A stretch of 64,000 nucleotides of DNA from Anaerolineales bacterium (GTDB lineage: Bacteria; Chloroflexota; Anaerolineae; Anaerolineales; UBA11579): contig JASFQL010000012.1 in the NCBI GenBank assembly GCA_050115475.1, positions 255 to 64,254 of the forward strand, given 5' to 3'. A model generated the notes under the pieces. It ran no database searches. It saw only the letters and a list, made by a program, of their open reading frames with translations, and was not told the origin of the DNA. Below are positions 63,609 to 64,000 of this stretch, piece by piece. A program made the translations under genes and the position numbers. Each line of letters opens with the position of its first letter. Position 1 is the first letter of the stretch.

Positions 63609-63638
63609 AAAAAACTCCTTGTCATACAGACAAGGAGT
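63609..63638 (-). terminator. Intrinsic terminator after the response-regulator gene
   Basis: ACTCCTTGTC (63614-63623) and GACAAGGAGT (63629-63638) around a 5-nt loop, followed on the - strand by a U6 run (A-run 63609-63614 on +). Confidence 0.7.
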
Positions 63639-63696
63639 AGCATACCCGAACCGTATTTCATCCCGGTTTCAAGGATATTTCAATTCTGCAACATCC

Positions 63697-64000
63697 CTAC
63701 CCCGGTTCCACCAACCTGTACCCGATGCCGGGGACCGTTAAGATGAGCTTGGGGTTGCCCGGGTCTGATTCGATCTTTTCACGCAGTCGGCTGATTTGCA
63801 CGTCCACAATCCGTTCGGATTCTCCCTCGGTGGTGTGTCCCCAGACGCTTTCGATGATTTGAGAGCGCGTTAAAGCTTGTCCCTTATGCCGCGCCAGGTA
63901 GACCAGCAGGCGGAACCCGACGGGATTCAGGCTGATGATTTCCTTTCCTCGTTTCACCTGCCCACTTGACTGGTCGACCACTAGGTCCCCTACGTATAAG
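63697..64000 (-). CDS. OmpR/PhoB-family response regulator, C-terminal winged-helix part; 5' end lies outside the window
   Basis: The frame stays open to nt 64000 (upstream codons read ...LYVGDLVVDQSSGQV), so the GTG in the track is internal. LNPVGFRLLVYLARHKGQALTRSQIIESVWG...VDVQISRLREKIE...TVPGIGYRL is the Trans_reg_C signature. Confidence 0.85.
   Translation of the reverse strand, partial: LYVGDLVVDQSSGQVKRGKEIISLNPVGFRLLVYLARHKGQALTRSQIIESVWGHTTEGESERIVDVQISRLREKIESDPGNPKLILTVPGIGYRLVEPG

Overview
Gene-dense chromosomal segment with about 58 protein-coding genes on both strands. Many genes are translationally coupled through ATGA or short overlaps. By eye I found no rRNA, tRNA, CRISPR array, transposase, integrase or phage genes. 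The gene content suggests a Chloroflexota (Anaerolineae-like) genome, but this is a guess from content, not a search result. The main blocks, in order, are below.

- **1-10.3 kb:** housekeeping and accessory enzymes. These are a DUF2233 glycosidase (partial), a 4Fe-4S protein, a propeller lipoprotein, DUF1385, an M20 peptidase, NUDIX, an SsnA-like amidohydrolase and several GNATs.
- **10.5-14.9 kb:** an F420 cluster (fno/npdG, cofE, a 2H phosphoesterase, a stand-alone nitroreductase module, cofD, cofC).
- **15.2-18.9 kb:** an iron-uptake locus. It holds a DtxR-family regulator, feoA, a feoB split into G-domain and membrane ORFs, a FeoC-like gene and a TfoX C-terminal-domain gene.
- **19.8-30.4 kb:** an F420-type LLM oxidoreductase, a PaaI thioesterase coupled to a xanthine-dehydrogenase-family FAD subunit, an M16C peptidase, two membrane proteins, a fused 2Fe-2S/molybdopterin oxidoreductase and a GNAT.
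- **32.2-34.4 kb:** a Crp/Fnr regulator with two CPBP intramembrane proteases.
- **34.5-45.4 kb:** an 8.8-kb gene for a 2,938-aa secreted repeat protein, followed upstream by a seven-repeat FG-GAP lipoprotein.
- **45.7-59.2 kb:** a BKACE enzyme with a split permease, mscL, pepF, MFS, MscS, DUF3795, an aminotransferase, an SH3 lipoprotein with a 78-bp tandem repeat, and a VOC dioxygenase.
- **59.3-64.0 kb:** a response regulator, two paralogous propeller lipoproteins and a histidine kinase.

The most unusual item is the last 168 aa of the giant protein. They form a complete sortase domain (His/Cys/Arg present) placed directly after an LVETG motif, with no membrane anchor. Other items worth a second look:

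- the lipoprotein-coupled kinase
- the 2H phosphoesterase inside the F420 cluster
- the Cys-bounded 26-aa repeat protein
- an intergenic block of three perfect hairpins plus a G4 motif
- a heptanucleotide tandem repeat
- a twin palindrome upstream of the DtxR gene

All functional calls rest on motif recognition by eye. No database search was run.
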